Assembly (NCBI GenBank): GCA_943354605.1
Contig: CALRCK010000003.1
Location: 14,902 to 78,901, forward strand
Length of the DNA: 64,000 bases
Reading direction: 5' to 3'
Source of the DNA: Candidatus Uhrbacteria bacterium
GTDB taxonomy: Bacteria > Patescibacteriota > Patescibacteriia > UBA9934
The notes under the pieces are model-generated. The model did not search any database. It worked only from the letters and a program-made list of their open reading frames with translations, and was not told the DNA's origin. Every line of letters begins with the position of its first letter. Position 1 is the first letter of the stretch. The position numbers and the translations under genes are program-made. Of this stretch, positions 48,017 through 58,520 are shown piece by piece.

Positions 48017-48240
48017 CGAAACTCAGAAAAGAACGGCCGAATCGTATCATGTCGAGGAGCGCCCTGGCAAGAAGGCATTCCCACAGCACAGAACAGATGG
48101 TCCCAACGATACGAGGGTTCAAGATCATGCCGCATACATCACATCCTGCCGACAATCCGGAAACGGACCATTCTGACAATTCTCCGGCCTTTGTATTGTT
48201 TTTCAATCTATTTTCAGCTATAGTTCGCGCGAAAACCTCT

Positions 48241-50028
48241 ATGAAAAATCGAACAAAAATCATTCTTGGCACTCTTGCAGTTATCGTTGTTGGCGGGATT
48301 GCCTACGGAGCAACACACCAAAGCTCAAACATTGTCGTTACCACCGAAACCGTGAAACGTGGCGATATTCATCAAACGGTGGAAGTAACGGGCGACACGC
48401 AGAGCGTCAAAGATCTCGACCTCGCCTTTAGCACAAGCGGCACCATTGCGGCGATGAACGTTTCCGTTGGCGACACAGTGAAGGCCGGCGACACACTTGC
48501 CGTGCTTTCCGAGGCGCGAATTGCCGCCAGCCTCGCGCAGGCAGCTGGCTCCGTGAGCCAAGCGCAGGCTGCGCTTGATTTGAAATCTGCAGGCTCTGCG
48601 GATGAAGAACTTGCCGTATATGAAGCCGCCGTTGCCGCCGCAGAAGCGAGCCTCGCGAGCGCAACCACGGAATCTGAACAAACAGCAATCACTGGCGACG
48701 CAAGCGTCACAAGCGCAACAGACGACTTAGCGCATATAACTTCCTCCACCGTCGCAACATTGGAATACGCACAGCAAGACGAACTTGAAGCACTTCGTTC
48801 TCTTGTTGCAGAAGTTCGTTCCGCGCTTGGGAAAGCCGATGCGGTGCTTGGTGTAGAAAACAATCTGGTCAACATGGATTTTGATCAAGATCTTGGAATT
48901 GCCGATCCCCAGTCGTACTCACTTGCAACCGATGCATTCGTTACCGCAGCCGCCAGCCGCAATGCAGCAGAGACCGCACTTGCAAACGTAACACTCGATA
49001 ACATTTCAACACTGTCTACCGCAGCAGACGTCGCACAAACAGCGTATGCCGACACGTACCTTGCACTCATTGCCACAAGCCGCGTTCTTGATGCCACAAC
49101 GGGCGGATCTGCGTCACTCTCTTTAGAAAGTCTTGACGCCATGAAAGCGTCTGTCGCTACCGCAACGTCCACGCTCGTTGCAGACGGCGGTGCATTCACG
49201 AACGCAGAACAAACCCTTGCATCCGCAACCCGATCCGCAACGGACGACGTCATTGATGCACAAAACACTCTCACAAAGGCACGGGCATCCCGAGACCAAA
49301 ACAACGCAAGTGCTGCATCGTCGCTTTCCCAGCGACAATCCGAACTCGCCAAGGCCAAAGCGCAGCTCGCGCAAATCTCCGCCACACCTCGCGCAGTCGA
49401 TCTTGCCGGACTTCGAGCTGCCGTCGCCATTGCGCAGGCGCAATACAACGCAGCGCTCGCGAATGCCGCAGATGCACAAATCACCGCACCAATCGACGGA
49501 ATCGTTACCGCAGTCAACGGCGATATTGGTGAACAGGCTTCTGCTGGAGCGACGATGATTACCCTTCTCGGAACATCTGATCAGTTCGAAATCGTCATGG
49601 ACATTCCCGAAGCCGACATTGCAAAGGTCCACGTTGGCCAGCACAGCACCGTTACTTTCGATGCGTTTGGCGACGACCACGTGTTCAACGGATCGGTGCT
49701 CAGCGTGAATCCGGCCGAGAAACTTATTGAAGGCGTCGTGTTCTACGAAGCGAAAGTGATTCTCGATGACTCCGCGGATTTGCGCGATGTAAAATCTGGA
49801 ATGTCGGCAAACGTCACCGTCGCTACCAACGACGTCGCGAATGCGCTTTTTATTCCAAAGCGTGCGATTCTTGAGGATGCCAATGGCAAGTACGTTCGTA
49901 TTCCAAAGAACGACACTGGAGCATTTGATCGCCGATCGGTGACTGTTGGCTTGTACGGCGACGATGGTTCCGCGGAAATCATGAATGGACTCTCTGAAGG
50001 TGAAACAGTGATTGTGACCATCCGATAA
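48241..50028 (+). CDS. efflux transporter periplasmic adaptor subunit (HlyD/MacA-like membrane fusion protein) with extended Ala-rich coiled coil
   Basis: Start at MKNRTKIILGTLAVIVVGG (signal anchor). Biotinyl/lipoyl-like and beta-barrel motifs at both ends (TGDTQSVKDLDLAFSTSGTIAAMNVSVGDTVKAGDTLAVL; GIVTAVNGDIGEQ) flank a very long Ala-rich helical hairpin. The upstream 64 codons of the track ORF are rejected. Confidence 0.8.
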   Translation: MKNRTKIILGTLAVIVVGGIAYGATHQSSNIVVTTETVKRGDIHQTVEVTGDTQSVKDLDLAFSTSGTIAAMNVSVGDTVKAGDTLAVLSEARIAASLAQAAGSVSQAQAALDLKSAGSADEELAVYEAAVAAAEASLASATTESEQTAITGDASVTSATDDLAHITSSTVATLEYAQQDELEALRSLVAEVRSALGKADAVLGVENNLVNMDFDQDLGIADPQSYSLATDAFVTAAASRNAAETALANVTLDNISTLSTAADVAQTAYADTYLALIATSRVLDATTGGSASLSLESLDAMKASVATATSTLVADGGAFTNAEQTLASATRSATDDVIDAQNTLTKARASRDQNNASAASSLSQRQSELAKAKAQLAQISATPRAVDLAGLRAAVAIAQAQYNAALANAADAQITAPIDGIVTAVNGDIGEQASAGATMITLLGTSDQFEIVMDIPEADIAKVHVGQHSTVTFDAFGDDHVFNGSVLSVNPAEKLIEGVVFYEAKVILDDSADLRDVKSGMSANVTVATNDVANALFIPKRAILEDANGKYVRIPKNDTGAFDRRSVTVGLYGDDGSAEIMNGLSEGETVIVTIR

Positions 50029-50030
50029 GT

Positions 50031-50702
<672 letters not shown>

Positions 50703-50705
50703 TCT

Positions 50706-51935
50706 ATGCGCATCAACGATCTCATCATCACGTCGTCTGAATCGCTCCGTCGCAATACGTCACGATCGCTTTTGACGATTCTTGGAATCATCATCGGCAT
50801 CGCCGCCGTCATCGTGATGCTCTCTATTGGTCAAGGCGCGCAAGGATACGTCTTAAACCAAGTCGCAAGCCTCGGATCGGATGTGCTGTACATCCAGCCA
50901 GGAAGCGGGAGTTCCGAAGGTGGTCCACCATCACCGTTCACCCAACAAACCATCAACCTCACCGATGCCGAAGCGCTCAAAAAGCGAGGACCTTTTAGCG
51001 TCGTCTCCGCACTCCTCATTACGAGTGCGGCCGTATCAGCACAGGAAAGTACGTTCACCGACATCGCAGGCACCGACGAATATCAGCTGGTCATCTCCCC
51101 CGCCGAACTGTTGTCTGGCCGGTTCATCGACGCGGAAGATGTATCCTCCCACGCTCGCGTTGCAGTATTAGGATCGGATATTGCCCGAGACCTCTTTGGC
51201 GACCAAAGCCCTATCGGCGAACGCATCACCATTAAAAATCTTCCGGTTCGTGTGATCGGCGTTCTTACTCCACAGGGAAGTAAATTCTTTTCGAACCTCG
51301 ACAAGCGAGTGTATCTTCCCGTCACCACAACGCAACGAGAGTTGCTGAACGTCGACTACGTTTCGTACCTCTCAGCAAAGGCGACGGTAGATATCGAAGT
51401 CGCAAAAGATGAAGCTCGAGCAATTCTTCGCGATACTCACGCGCTCGACAATCCAAACGAAGATCTTGCGAAAGACGACTTTAAAGTCTCGTCCCAGGCA
51501 GACGCAGTAAATACCATCGCTGGCGTCGGATTTGCGCTGACGTTGCTTCTTGCATCAATTGCCGCAATTTCGCTTCTCGTCGGAGGCATCGGCATCATGA
51601 ACATGATGCTTGTTTCTGTAACTGAACGCACACGCGAAATTGGATTGCGCAAAGCGATCGGTGGCACAGAGAAAAATATTCTTGGACAGTTCCTTCTCGA
51701 AGCCGTCATGCTTACGCTGACCGGCGGAGTTCTTGGCGTCGTTTCAGGCGTCATCGTCTCATTCCTCGCGTCGCTGCTTTTAGGGGCGTTTGTAGAAGGT
51801 TGGGCGTTCGTCATTCCTCCATCCGCAGTTATTTCGGCGTTCGTCGTCGCGACTGTTGTCGGTATTGCGTTCGGCTACTACCCCGCAAAACGTGCTGCAA
51901 AGCTCGATCCTATCGAAGCGCTTCGGTACGAATAA
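50706..51935 (+). CDS. ABC transporter permease (FtsX/MacB-type)
   Basis: 409 aa; N-terminal TM, large periplasmic domain, C-terminal FtsX-like four-helix region (REIGLRKAIGGTEKNILGQFLLEA). Confidence 0.85.
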   Translation: MRINDLIITSSESLRRNTSRSLLTILGIIIGIAAVIVMLSIGQGAQGYVLNQVASLGSDVLYIQPGSGSSEGGPPSPFTQQTINLTDAEALKKRGPFSVVSALLITSAAVSAQESTFTDIAGTDEYQLVISPAELLSGRFIDAEDVSSHARVAVLGSDIARDLFGDQSPIGERITIKNLPVRVIGVLTPQGSKFFSNLDKRVYLPVTTTQRELLNVDYVSYLSAKATVDIEVAKDEARAILRDTHALDNPNEDLAKDDFKVSSQADAVNTIAGVGFALTLLLASIAAISLLVGGIGIMNMMLVSVTERTREIGLRKAIGGTEKNILGQFLLEAVMLTLTGGVLGVVSGVIVSFLASLLLGAFVEGWAFVIPPSAVISAFVVATVVGIAFGYYPAKRAAKLDPIEALRYE

Positions 51936-51973
51936 CCCCCAAGCGAGGCGTACACTATTGGCAACCCACGCGT

Positions 51974-53092
51974 ATGTTCGCCACCTCTATCATTCGATGG
52001 TCGTATCAACACATCCTCAAACCCCTTGCATTTCGCTTCGACCCCGAAGATGTTCACGACGCCATGATCCGTTTTGCTTCGGTCCTTGGGCGAAGCCCGC
52101 GAGTCCAACATGCCGTTTCTCGGATCTTTTGTTTTTCCAACACAACACTCGAACAAGATCTTCTCGGAATACATTTCACGAATCCCGTGGGGCTCAGCGC
52201 GGGATTCGATAAAAATGGTCAAATCATCGATGCAATCACCGCAACGGGATTCGGATTTACCGAAATTGGCTCGATCACCGGAAAACCTTGTGCCGGGAAC
52301 CCAAAACCGCGACTATGGCGGCTACCAAAATCTCAAGCAATCATGGTCTGGTACGGCCTCAAGAACGACGGATGTATTGCGATCGCGCATCGACTTCACA
52401 AACAACAATATCCAATCCCCGTTGGCACGAGCATCGCTCGGACCAACGACGCGACAACCGTGGATATTCAGGCAGGGATCAACGACTACGCAACAGCCTT
52501 TCGCGAGTTTGCAACGATCGGAGCCTACACGACAATTAATATCAGCTGTCCAAATACCTGTGGTGGAGAACCGTTCACGACCCCGGATCGGCTCGAGCTA
52601 CTTCTCTCCGTTATCGATACCATTCCCAGCGCAAAGCCGATCTTTCTGAAACTGCCCGTCGACCTCTCTTTTGCGGATACCGATGCACTCATCGTTGTTG
52701 CGCAACGCCATCGCGTACACGGATTCGTCATCGCAAATCTCACAAAGTCACATCAATCACCCAATATCGACAAGACCGACCTCACTGAAAACATGCGCGG
52801 TGGCATCAGTGGAAAACCTACTTTCGATCAATCCAATGCTCTCATCGCCCACGTATTCCGCACTGTCGGAAATCAGTTTGTCATTATCGGTGTTGGCGGA
52901 ATTTTTTCTGCGGAAGACGCATATGCCAAAATTCGAAGCGGCGCGAGCCTCGTCCAACTCATTACGGGCCTGATTTTTGAAGGCCCGCAACTCGTTGGTG
53001 AAATCAATCGCGATCTCACAGCGCTTCTTGCGCGAGATGGCTACACAACAATTCGCGATGCCGTCGGAGCCTCTGTACGGGCACATCCGTAG
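51974..53092 (+). CDS. pyrD: dihydroorotate dehydrogenase (quinone), class 2
   Basis: Start at MFATSIIRWSYQHIL; FMN-binding motifs (GLSAGFDKNG, TEIGSITGKP, IIGVGGIFSAEDAYAKIRSGASLVQL). Confidence 0.85.
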   Translation: MFATSIIRWSYQHILKPLAFRFDPEDVHDAMIRFASVLGRSPRVQHAVSRIFCFSNTTLEQDLLGIHFTNPVGLSAGFDKNGQIIDAITATGFGFTEIGSITGKPCAGNPKPRLWRLPKSQAIMVWYGLKNDGCIAIAHRLHKQQYPIPVGTSIARTNDATTVDIQAGINDYATAFREFATIGAYTTINISCPNTCGGEPFTTPDRLELLLSVIDTIPSAKPIFLKLPVDLSFADTDALIVVAQRHRVHGFVIANLTKSHQSPNIDKTDLTENMRGGISGKPTFDQSNALIAHVFRTVGNQFVIIGVGGIFSAEDAYAKIRSGASLVQLITGLIFEGPQLVGEINRDLTALLARDGYTTIRDAVGASVRAHP

Positions 53093-53128
53093 CAATCGCG
53101 CTATACTGAAGAATATTCTTTCATCAGT

Positions 53129-54571
53129 ATGTCGAAAATATCACTCATCACTGCTGCGTGCGGTGTCGTCGTCCTTTTTATTGGCACCGCTATCGGCGGA
53201 TACCTCGTTGGACAACGCATCGCACCGTCATTAGCATCGGAGATTTCAGCGTCAGAAGACACAGCTTCGGTACAACCATCATCAATCACCGCAGCGCCTA
53301 CAACAGAACACGATCTCTTGAGCAATGCGCATATCGGCGTTAACTTTTTAATTTTCCCAAGCAGCACCATTCGCGCAACACCACGAGCAATCAGCGCAAC
53401 AGATACCGCAGCCGACCTCGCCACGCTTCATGCGGAAGTCTCTCGCCAACTCACCAACGGCGATGCATTGTGGAATAGCGTTGAGTCACGAGAGGACGTA
53501 TGGAACTGGACCACAACCGATGCCGCAATCGATGCGCTCACCAAAACAGGGGAACCAATCGTCGATCTTTTTGCGATGCAATACGCATCACCAAACGCCC
53601 CGTGGAAACTGAGCGGTACATTTGAGAAGACCATGACGCCAGAGGCGGAAACATACATTCGCACCGTGGTTCGCCGATATAAAGATCGCGTAACGTATTG
53701 GGAAATTGGCAACGAAATGGATCACTGGCGCGCGGCAGATCCAGGATCCGTAACCCCAAAAAATCTTTCCGCAGATTCCAAACTTCCAAAACTCTTGCCA
53801 ACCGATGGATACAGCCCAGAAGAGCAAGGCGCATTCTTTGCTGCCGCAGCCGCAATTATTCGTGAAGAAGACCCTAACGCCGTGATGGTCATGCCGGGTA
53901 TGAGTGCGGCGGACAGTTATCAAACCGGAACGTGGCTCCCAGGATTCGTTCAAGGCGCAGGAACGGATGCTTTTGATGTAGTCAATTACCACGACTACAA
54001 ATCGTGGGACGGCATGCAGAGTAGATTAGCAGCATTGCAAACCGAGATGCAGACTCTCGGAATTTCTGAGAAATCCCTCTGGCTCACCGAAACCGGCAGC
54101 ACCGCAGACGCAACACTTACCCAACGTACGAACTATCCAAACAGCACCACATCCCAAGCCGCAGACGTGATTCGTCGTGTACTCGTCGTATTGAGCAATA
54201 GCGTGAATGTGGCAATCTGGCATACATATTTCAGCTCACCGAGCGAGAATGGAACCAATGCGTGGCGCGCATACGGACTTCGGAATGAGAATGGCGACCA
54301 CTACCCTTCATACGACGCATATACAGCACTCGGCGAATCCTTTCCCGCGACGTCGGTAACCAACATTTCAACGACGCCCGGAACGTACATCATGAAAATC
54401 ACCCCCGTGAGCGGGAATACAGCCTACGCCGTGTGGGGCTCAGGCGCCTGGACCATTCCGGACGGCATCACGTCGGAATACACCATTTCCTCAACGTCCG
54501 TCAGCAAAAGCACCGCCCCGGCCGCAGGAGCCACCGTTTCCCTGTCCGCAATCCCCCTCCTTTTCCGCTAA
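53129..54571 (+). CDS. secreted glycoside hydrolase, clan GH-A (GH5/GH39-like)
   Basis: N-terminal signal anchor; catalytic acid motif WEIGNEMDHW and nucleophile-region LWLTETGS typical of (beta/alpha)8 GH-A enzymes. Confidence 0.5.
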   Translation: MSKISLITAACGVVVLFIGTAIGGYLVGQRIAPSLASEISASEDTASVQPSSITAAPTTEHDLLSNAHIGVNFLIFPSSTIRATPRAISATDTAADLATLHAEVSRQLTNGDALWNSVESREDVWNWTTTDAAIDALTKTGEPIVDLFAMQYASPNAPWKLSGTFEKTMTPEAETYIRTVVRRYKDRVTYWEIGNEMDHWRAADPGSVTPKNLSADSKLPKLLPTDGYSPEEQGAFFAAAAAIIREEDPNAVMVMPGMSAADSYQTGTWLPGFVQGAGTDAFDVVNYHDYKSWDGMQSRLAALQTEMQTLGISEKSLWLTETGSTADATLTQRTNYPNSTTSQAADVIRRVLVVLSNSVNVAIWHTYFSSPSENGTNAWRAYGLRNENGDHYPSYDAYTALGESFPATSVTNISTTPGTYIMKITPVSGNTAYAVWGSGAWTIPDGITSEYTISSTSVSKSTAPAAGATVSLSAIPLLFR

Positions 54572-54584
54572 GATTGGTGAAGAA

Positions 54585-54613
54585 TTGACAGTAATCCCGA
54601 ATTCCCGTACACT
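54585..54613 (+). promoter_or_regulatory. sigma-70 type promoter TTGACA-17-TACACT upstream of rpmG
   Basis: Consensus -35 TTGACA at 54585..54590, 17-bp spacer, -10 TACACT at 54608..54613; 23 nt before the rpmG ATG. Confidence 0.5.
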
Positions 54614-54636
54614 TTCGCTAACATTTTTATTGTCGT

Positions 54637-54792
54637 ATGTCCCAAGATAATCTCATCAAATTGGAGTGCACAGTCTGTAAATCCTTGAACTACCGTTCTT
54701 CCAAGAACAAGAAAATTCTCAAGGATCGCCTGGAACTGAAAAAGTTCTGCGAAAAGTGCCGAAAGCACCAGATGCACAAAGAAACGAAGTAA
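54637..54792 (+). CDS. rpmG: 50S ribosomal protein L33
   Basis: 51-aa [54 protein letters not shown], matching the L33 zinc-ribbon and KLELKKF...H..HKE pattern. Missing from the ORF track because it is under 60 aa. Confidence 0.8.
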   Translation: MSQDNLIKLECTVCKSLNYRSSKNKKILKDRLELKKFCEKCRKHQMHKETK

Positions 54793-54794
54793 AT

Positions 54795-54826
54795 AAAATA
54801 CAGGAGCCGATCGGCTCCTGTATTTT
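54795..54826. terminator. bidirectional hairpin terminator
   Basis: AAAATACAGGAGCCGATCGGCTCCTGTATTTT perfect stem flanked by A and T runs, between rpmG (+) and the TPR gene (-). Confidence 0.7.
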
Positions 54827-55604
54827 ATTTCTTCTCCGCGATCATTTCTTCAAATTCTCCGATCTTTTGGTTCTCCGGGTTTACCTCACGCAAGTGATCG
54901 AGCGATTTTTGTGCTTCAATAATCTCCCCAATCTCGAGCGCGGCGGTGATAAAGAAATCGAGGTACTTGGGATTATTCGGGCTGATCGTTTTTGCCTTCT
55001 CGTAAAATCCGTACGCAGTCTTCATGTCGCCCTCGGCGTCGAACACTTCGCCAAGTGCGGCAAGAACGCTCGCATCCCTTGGCGCAAGCTTTACCAGGAA
55101 TTCGAGCGCCTCTTTTGCCTCTGCGTGCTGACCTCGCGATAAGTACATGCGACCAAGCGCCTCGTACGCTTCAACGTTCTTCGGATCGTGCGAAAGAATT
55201 TCAACAAGTTCTTGCTCCGCAGCTTCGTACTTGCCCAGCGCAATGGATTTCTTGGCCTCATCCGTCATCCGGTGCAATTCTGCGGCGTCGGTCTTGCCTG
55301 TTTTTTGTCGTTCAACGTATCGACGCTCCAACGCAGTAAGCTTTCCGGCAAGCCGACGGAATCCATCTTGCACAGACTTCACGATAGGCAAAACGGACGA
55401 CTTCCAAAAATTCTTCCCCTTCTCCTCCACCTGTCGCATCATGCGCTCTTCAAGCAATGCATTTTTCGTTTCTCGTGTTCGCGCTTCTTTGGACGACATT
55501 GGGTCCACAATCGAAAGCTGGGGAGCCTTCTGCTTTGCAATGCCAACAATGGTTCCGAGCGAGCCCAAAAACACCACCCAAAGCAACCCGTCAAAGGCCG
55601 TCAT
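54825..55604 (-). CDS. tetratricopeptide-repeat protein with N-terminal TM anchor
   Basis: 259 aa; TPR-like helical repeats (AYEALGRMYLSRGQHAEAKEALE...). Confidence 0.6.
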   Translation of the reverse strand: MTAFDGLLWVVFLGSLGTIVGIAKQKAPQLSIVDPMSSKEARTRETKNALLEERMMRQVEEKGKNFWKSSVLPIVKSVQDGFRRLAGKLTALERRYVERQKTGKTDAAELHRMTDEAKKSIALGKYEAAEQELVEILSHDPKNVEAYEALGRMYLSRGQHAEAKEALEFLVKLAPRDASVLAALGEVFDAEGDMKTAYGFYEKAKTISPNNPKYLDFFITAALEIGEIIEAQKSLDHLREVNPENQKIGEFEEMIAEKK

Positions 55605-56368
55605 ACGTTTTGCGCAATCATCACTTCGCGACCAGCACCAATGATCGCTTCAAACTCGTGAATCTTCACGCTTGCGCCACCAACCAACACACCGTCGATT
55701 CCTGGCTCGCGCAAGAAACTGTATGCATGAGCACCGTCCACCGATCCCCCATACACCACCTGAACCGATGCCCCGATACCGATCTTCTGTAATGATTCAC
55801 GAATGACGTTATGCATCGCAACGGCATCGGCTGGCGTTGCGCTCGTGCCGCTGCCAATCGCCCAAATTGGTTCGTATGCCACAATCAACCGCGATGCTTT
55901 CGTTATGGTGACACCGCGCAATGCCGCGCCAAGTTGTTGCGCAACAAACACTTCAGCCTTCCCTGCCGCACGTGTCTCCTTTGATTCGCCAACGCACAAG
56001 ATTGGAACAAGTGATGTTTGCGCAATCAATTTCATCTTCGCATTCACGATTGCGTCCGACTCTCCGTTCATCGCTCGGCGTTCCGAATGACCAATGATGA
56101 CAAATCCGCAGCCGGCGTCATCGAGTTGCGCAACAGAAACATCGCCAGTGAATGCACCGAAGCGCTCAGTGCCCATGGTTTGTGCGCCGAGAGAGACGCG
56201 AGTTCGGACTAAAACTTTTCGCACTTCAGAAAGCGCAGTGAACGATGGACAGATAACAATTTCCGGCAACACCTCGTGTCCCATTACGGAACGCAATACC
56301 CCACGCGCGTGCGCGATAGATTCTCGAATGCCGAGATGCATTTTCCAGTTGCCGATAATGGTTTTCAT
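55601..56368 (-). CDS. tpiA: triosephosphate isomerase
   Basis: MKTIIGNWKMH start, catalytic IGHSERR and active-site AYEPIWAIGSG motifs. Confidence 0.92.
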   Translation of the reverse strand: MKTIIGNWKMHLGIRESIAHARGVLRSVMGHEVLPEIVICPSFTALSEVRKVLVRTRVSLGAQTMGTERFGAFTGDVSVAQLDDAGCGFVIIGHSERRAMNGESDAIVNAKMKLIAQTSLVPILCVGESKETRAAGKAEVFVAQQLGAALRGVTITKASRLIVAYEPIWAIGSGTSATPADAVAMHNVIRESLQKIGIGASVQVVYGGSVDGAHAYSFLREPGIDGVLVGGASVKIHEFEAIIGAGREVMIAQNV

Positions 56369-56381
56369 ATTTTTTCATTCA

Positions 56382-56448
56382 GTCATCCCCGCGTAGGCGG
56401 GGATCCATCATTCCGAACGGTCTGGATCCCCGCCTACGCGGGGATGAC
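56382..56448. repeat. two inverted family-1 palindromic elements forming a composite hairpin
   Basis: GTCATCCCCGCGTAGGCGGGGATCC (56382..56406), a 15-nt spacer, then CTGGATCCCCGCCTACGCGGGGATGAC (56422..56448); intergenic between tpiA and the M16 peptidase gene. Confidence 0.8.
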
Positions 56449-56461
56449 CAGAACAAACGGA

Positions 56462-57748
56462 TCAAGATGGCAATAGTGATTTCAATTCGTCTTCGCTCTT
56501 GAACGGACCGATGGCTGCAAGCGACATGCGATCAAATCGCAGGTACTGCTTTGCAACGCGAGCGATGTCTTCGAGCGTCACGGCGTCGAACTTCTTCAGT
56601 CGCTCAGCCGGCTCTTCAATCGTTCCAAGGAACAACGCCTGTCGGCCATAGAACTCTGCGCGATCCGCAGAATCTTCCAGACTCAACGATAATCCTCCAC
56701 GAACATTCTCTTTCACCATTGCGAGTTCATCGGGAGTAACGCCATCGGTTGCAACTTTGCGAAGTTCGTCGGTGATGACCTTCATCGCCTCCTGTAAACG
56801 CGTTGCGTCGAGGCCGGCGCGAACCGTAAACATGCCAATGTCTTGATATCCCTCGACACCTGTTCGCACGGTGTAGCACAGCCCTCGTCGCTCCCGAACT
56901 TCCACGAACAATCGCGAGCTCATCGTACCGCCAAGAATCGATGAAAGGAGCTTCAACGGCGCCTCGTCCGCATGACCACGACCGACGGTTGGGAAACCAA
57001 GAGAAAGCTGGATCTGCTCAAGATCTTTGTGCTGATAGCGAATGCGACCGACATTGGCTTGGTCGCCGATGACGCCGAACGCCGATCGAGCCGATCCCGA
57101 AGGCGCAACCGTGCCAAATGTTTTCTCCAGTTGATCAAGAATGTCGTTCGGCAATTTTCCGGATGCAACAATCACCATGTTCTCTGGTCGGTAATGCGAA
57201 GCGTGGTAGGCCATGACATCATCGCGCTTCATGCCCTTCACCGATTCTGCGGTTCCGGCAATGTTCTTCCCGAGAATATGCCCATCGAACATCGCTTCTT
57301 CAAGCAAATCTTCGATGTGCATAATTGGGTTCTCCTCGTACATCTTGATCTCCTCAACAATAACGTTCTTCTCGCGTTCCATTTCTTCTGCGTTGAAGAC
57401 AGAGTGGAAAATCATGTCGTTCAGCAAGTCGATCGCGACAGGAAGTTGTTCGCCGGCGATCTTCACCCAGTATCCGGTGAGATCTTTTCCAGTGTACGCA
57501 TTGTATTGCGCGCCGTAGCGGTCGAGCTCCTTTGAAATATCGACGGTCTGCGGGCGGCGCGTGGTACCTTTGAACATCAAGTGCTCCACAAAGTGCGAGC
57601 CGCCCCACACATTGTCTGTTTCATTTCGTGAACCCACCTGAAACGCAACAAGAATCGCCGCAGCGTCTGTTCCGGAAAATGGCGCAAACACAACTTTCGC
57701 ACCATTCTTGAGATTCGATTGCGTAAAGGACATAGGCGACAACGTCAA
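56462..57748 (-). CDS. M16-family zinc peptidase (insulinase-like)
   Basis: 428 aa; inverted zinc-binding motif GSHFVEHLMFKGT (HxxEH) plus downstream Glu. Confidence 0.85.
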   Translation of the reverse strand: MTLSPMSFTQSNLKNGAKVVFAPFSGTDAAAILVAFQVGSRNETDNVWGGSHFVEHLMFKGTTRRPQTVDISKELDRYGAQYNAYTGKDLTGYWVKIAGEQLPVAIDLLNDMIFHSVFNAEEMEREKNVIVEEIKMYEENPIMHIEDLLEEAMFDGHILGKNIAGTAESVKGMKRDDVMAYHASHYRPENMVIVASGKLPNDILDQLEKTFGTVAPSGSARSAFGVIGDQANVGRIRYQHKDLEQIQLSLGFPTVGRGHADEAPLKLLSSILGGTMSSRLFVEVRERRGLCYTVRTGVEGYQDIGMFTVRAGLDATRLQEAMKVITDELRKVATDGVTPDELAMVKENVRGGLSLSLEDSADRAEFYGRQALFLGTIEEPAERLKKFDAVTLEDIARVAKQYLRFDRMSLAAIGPFKSEDELKSLLPS

Positions 57749-58288
57749 TTAAATGGTGGTGATTTCTTTCTCCTTCTTGTCGCCCATCTCTTCAATCTTT
57801 GCCGTAAATTCTTTCACGGTCTTTTCGAGCAACTCTTCAAGACGACGTTTTTCGTCTTCACCACCCTCAAGCTTGCCCATCGCCTTTCGCGTTTCTTCAC
57901 GAACGCGGCGGACTTGCACGCGAGCGTCTTCCAATTTTTCTTTTGCAAGCTTCACCATTTTCAAACGCGTTTCTTCCGTCATCATTGGCATCGTGAGACG
58001 AAGCGACTTCCCATCAACAACGGGGTTAATTCCCACATCGCTCTTCACAATTGCGGATTCGATGAGCTTCACCACGCTCGCATCCCACGGCTCGATGAGG
58101 ATGGTCTTCGCATCTGGCGTGGTGATGGTTGCGAGCGCCTTGATAGGCTGCAACGCGCCATATGCCTCAACCTGAACCGGTTCAAGAATAGCCGCAGAAG
58201 CACGGCCAGTACGGATAGCCCCAAGCTCGTTCACGAGGTGCTCAAGTACTTTGGCAAACTGCGGTTTGGTATCGTCGATAATGGACAT
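57749..58288 (-). CDS. frr: ribosome recycling factor
   Basis: Start at MSIIDDTKPQFAKVLEHL; canonical RRF three-helix bundle sequence. The longer track ORF runs into the upstream repeat element. Confidence 0.9.
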   Translation of the reverse strand: MSIIDDTKPQFAKVLEHLVNELGAIRTGRASAAILEPVQVEAYGALQPIKALATITTPDAKTILIEPWDASVVKLIESAIVKSDVGINPVVDGKSLRLTMPMMTEETRLKMVKLAKEKLEDARVQVRRVREETRKAMGKLEGGEDEKRRLEELLEKTVKEFTAKIEEMGDKKEKEITTI

Positions 58289-58321
58289 AGAGGAAAATAC
58301 TTTCTGCGTAAAACGATCGTC

Positions 58322-58401
58322 AGTCATGCTGAGCGAAGGCGAAGTATCTCTCGCAGGTTACACTGATCACCTACGGAGATTCCTCGCCTACGCTCGGAAT
58401 G
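58322..58401. repeat. family-2 nested palindromic element (GTCATGCTGAGCGAAGGCGAAG...CGCTCGGAATGAC)
   Basis: Same termini and architecture as 38234..38305; sits in the frr 5' leader. Confidence 0.6.
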
Positions 58402-58520
58402 ACGAAACAGTCGTCCACGGACCTATTCGCCTCATATTTTAACCCAATCACCACGCACCGTCAACGCGGTGCGTGGTGATATTTTGCGAACTTCTGCGAA
58501 ATTTCCGTGTGGATTCGCGT

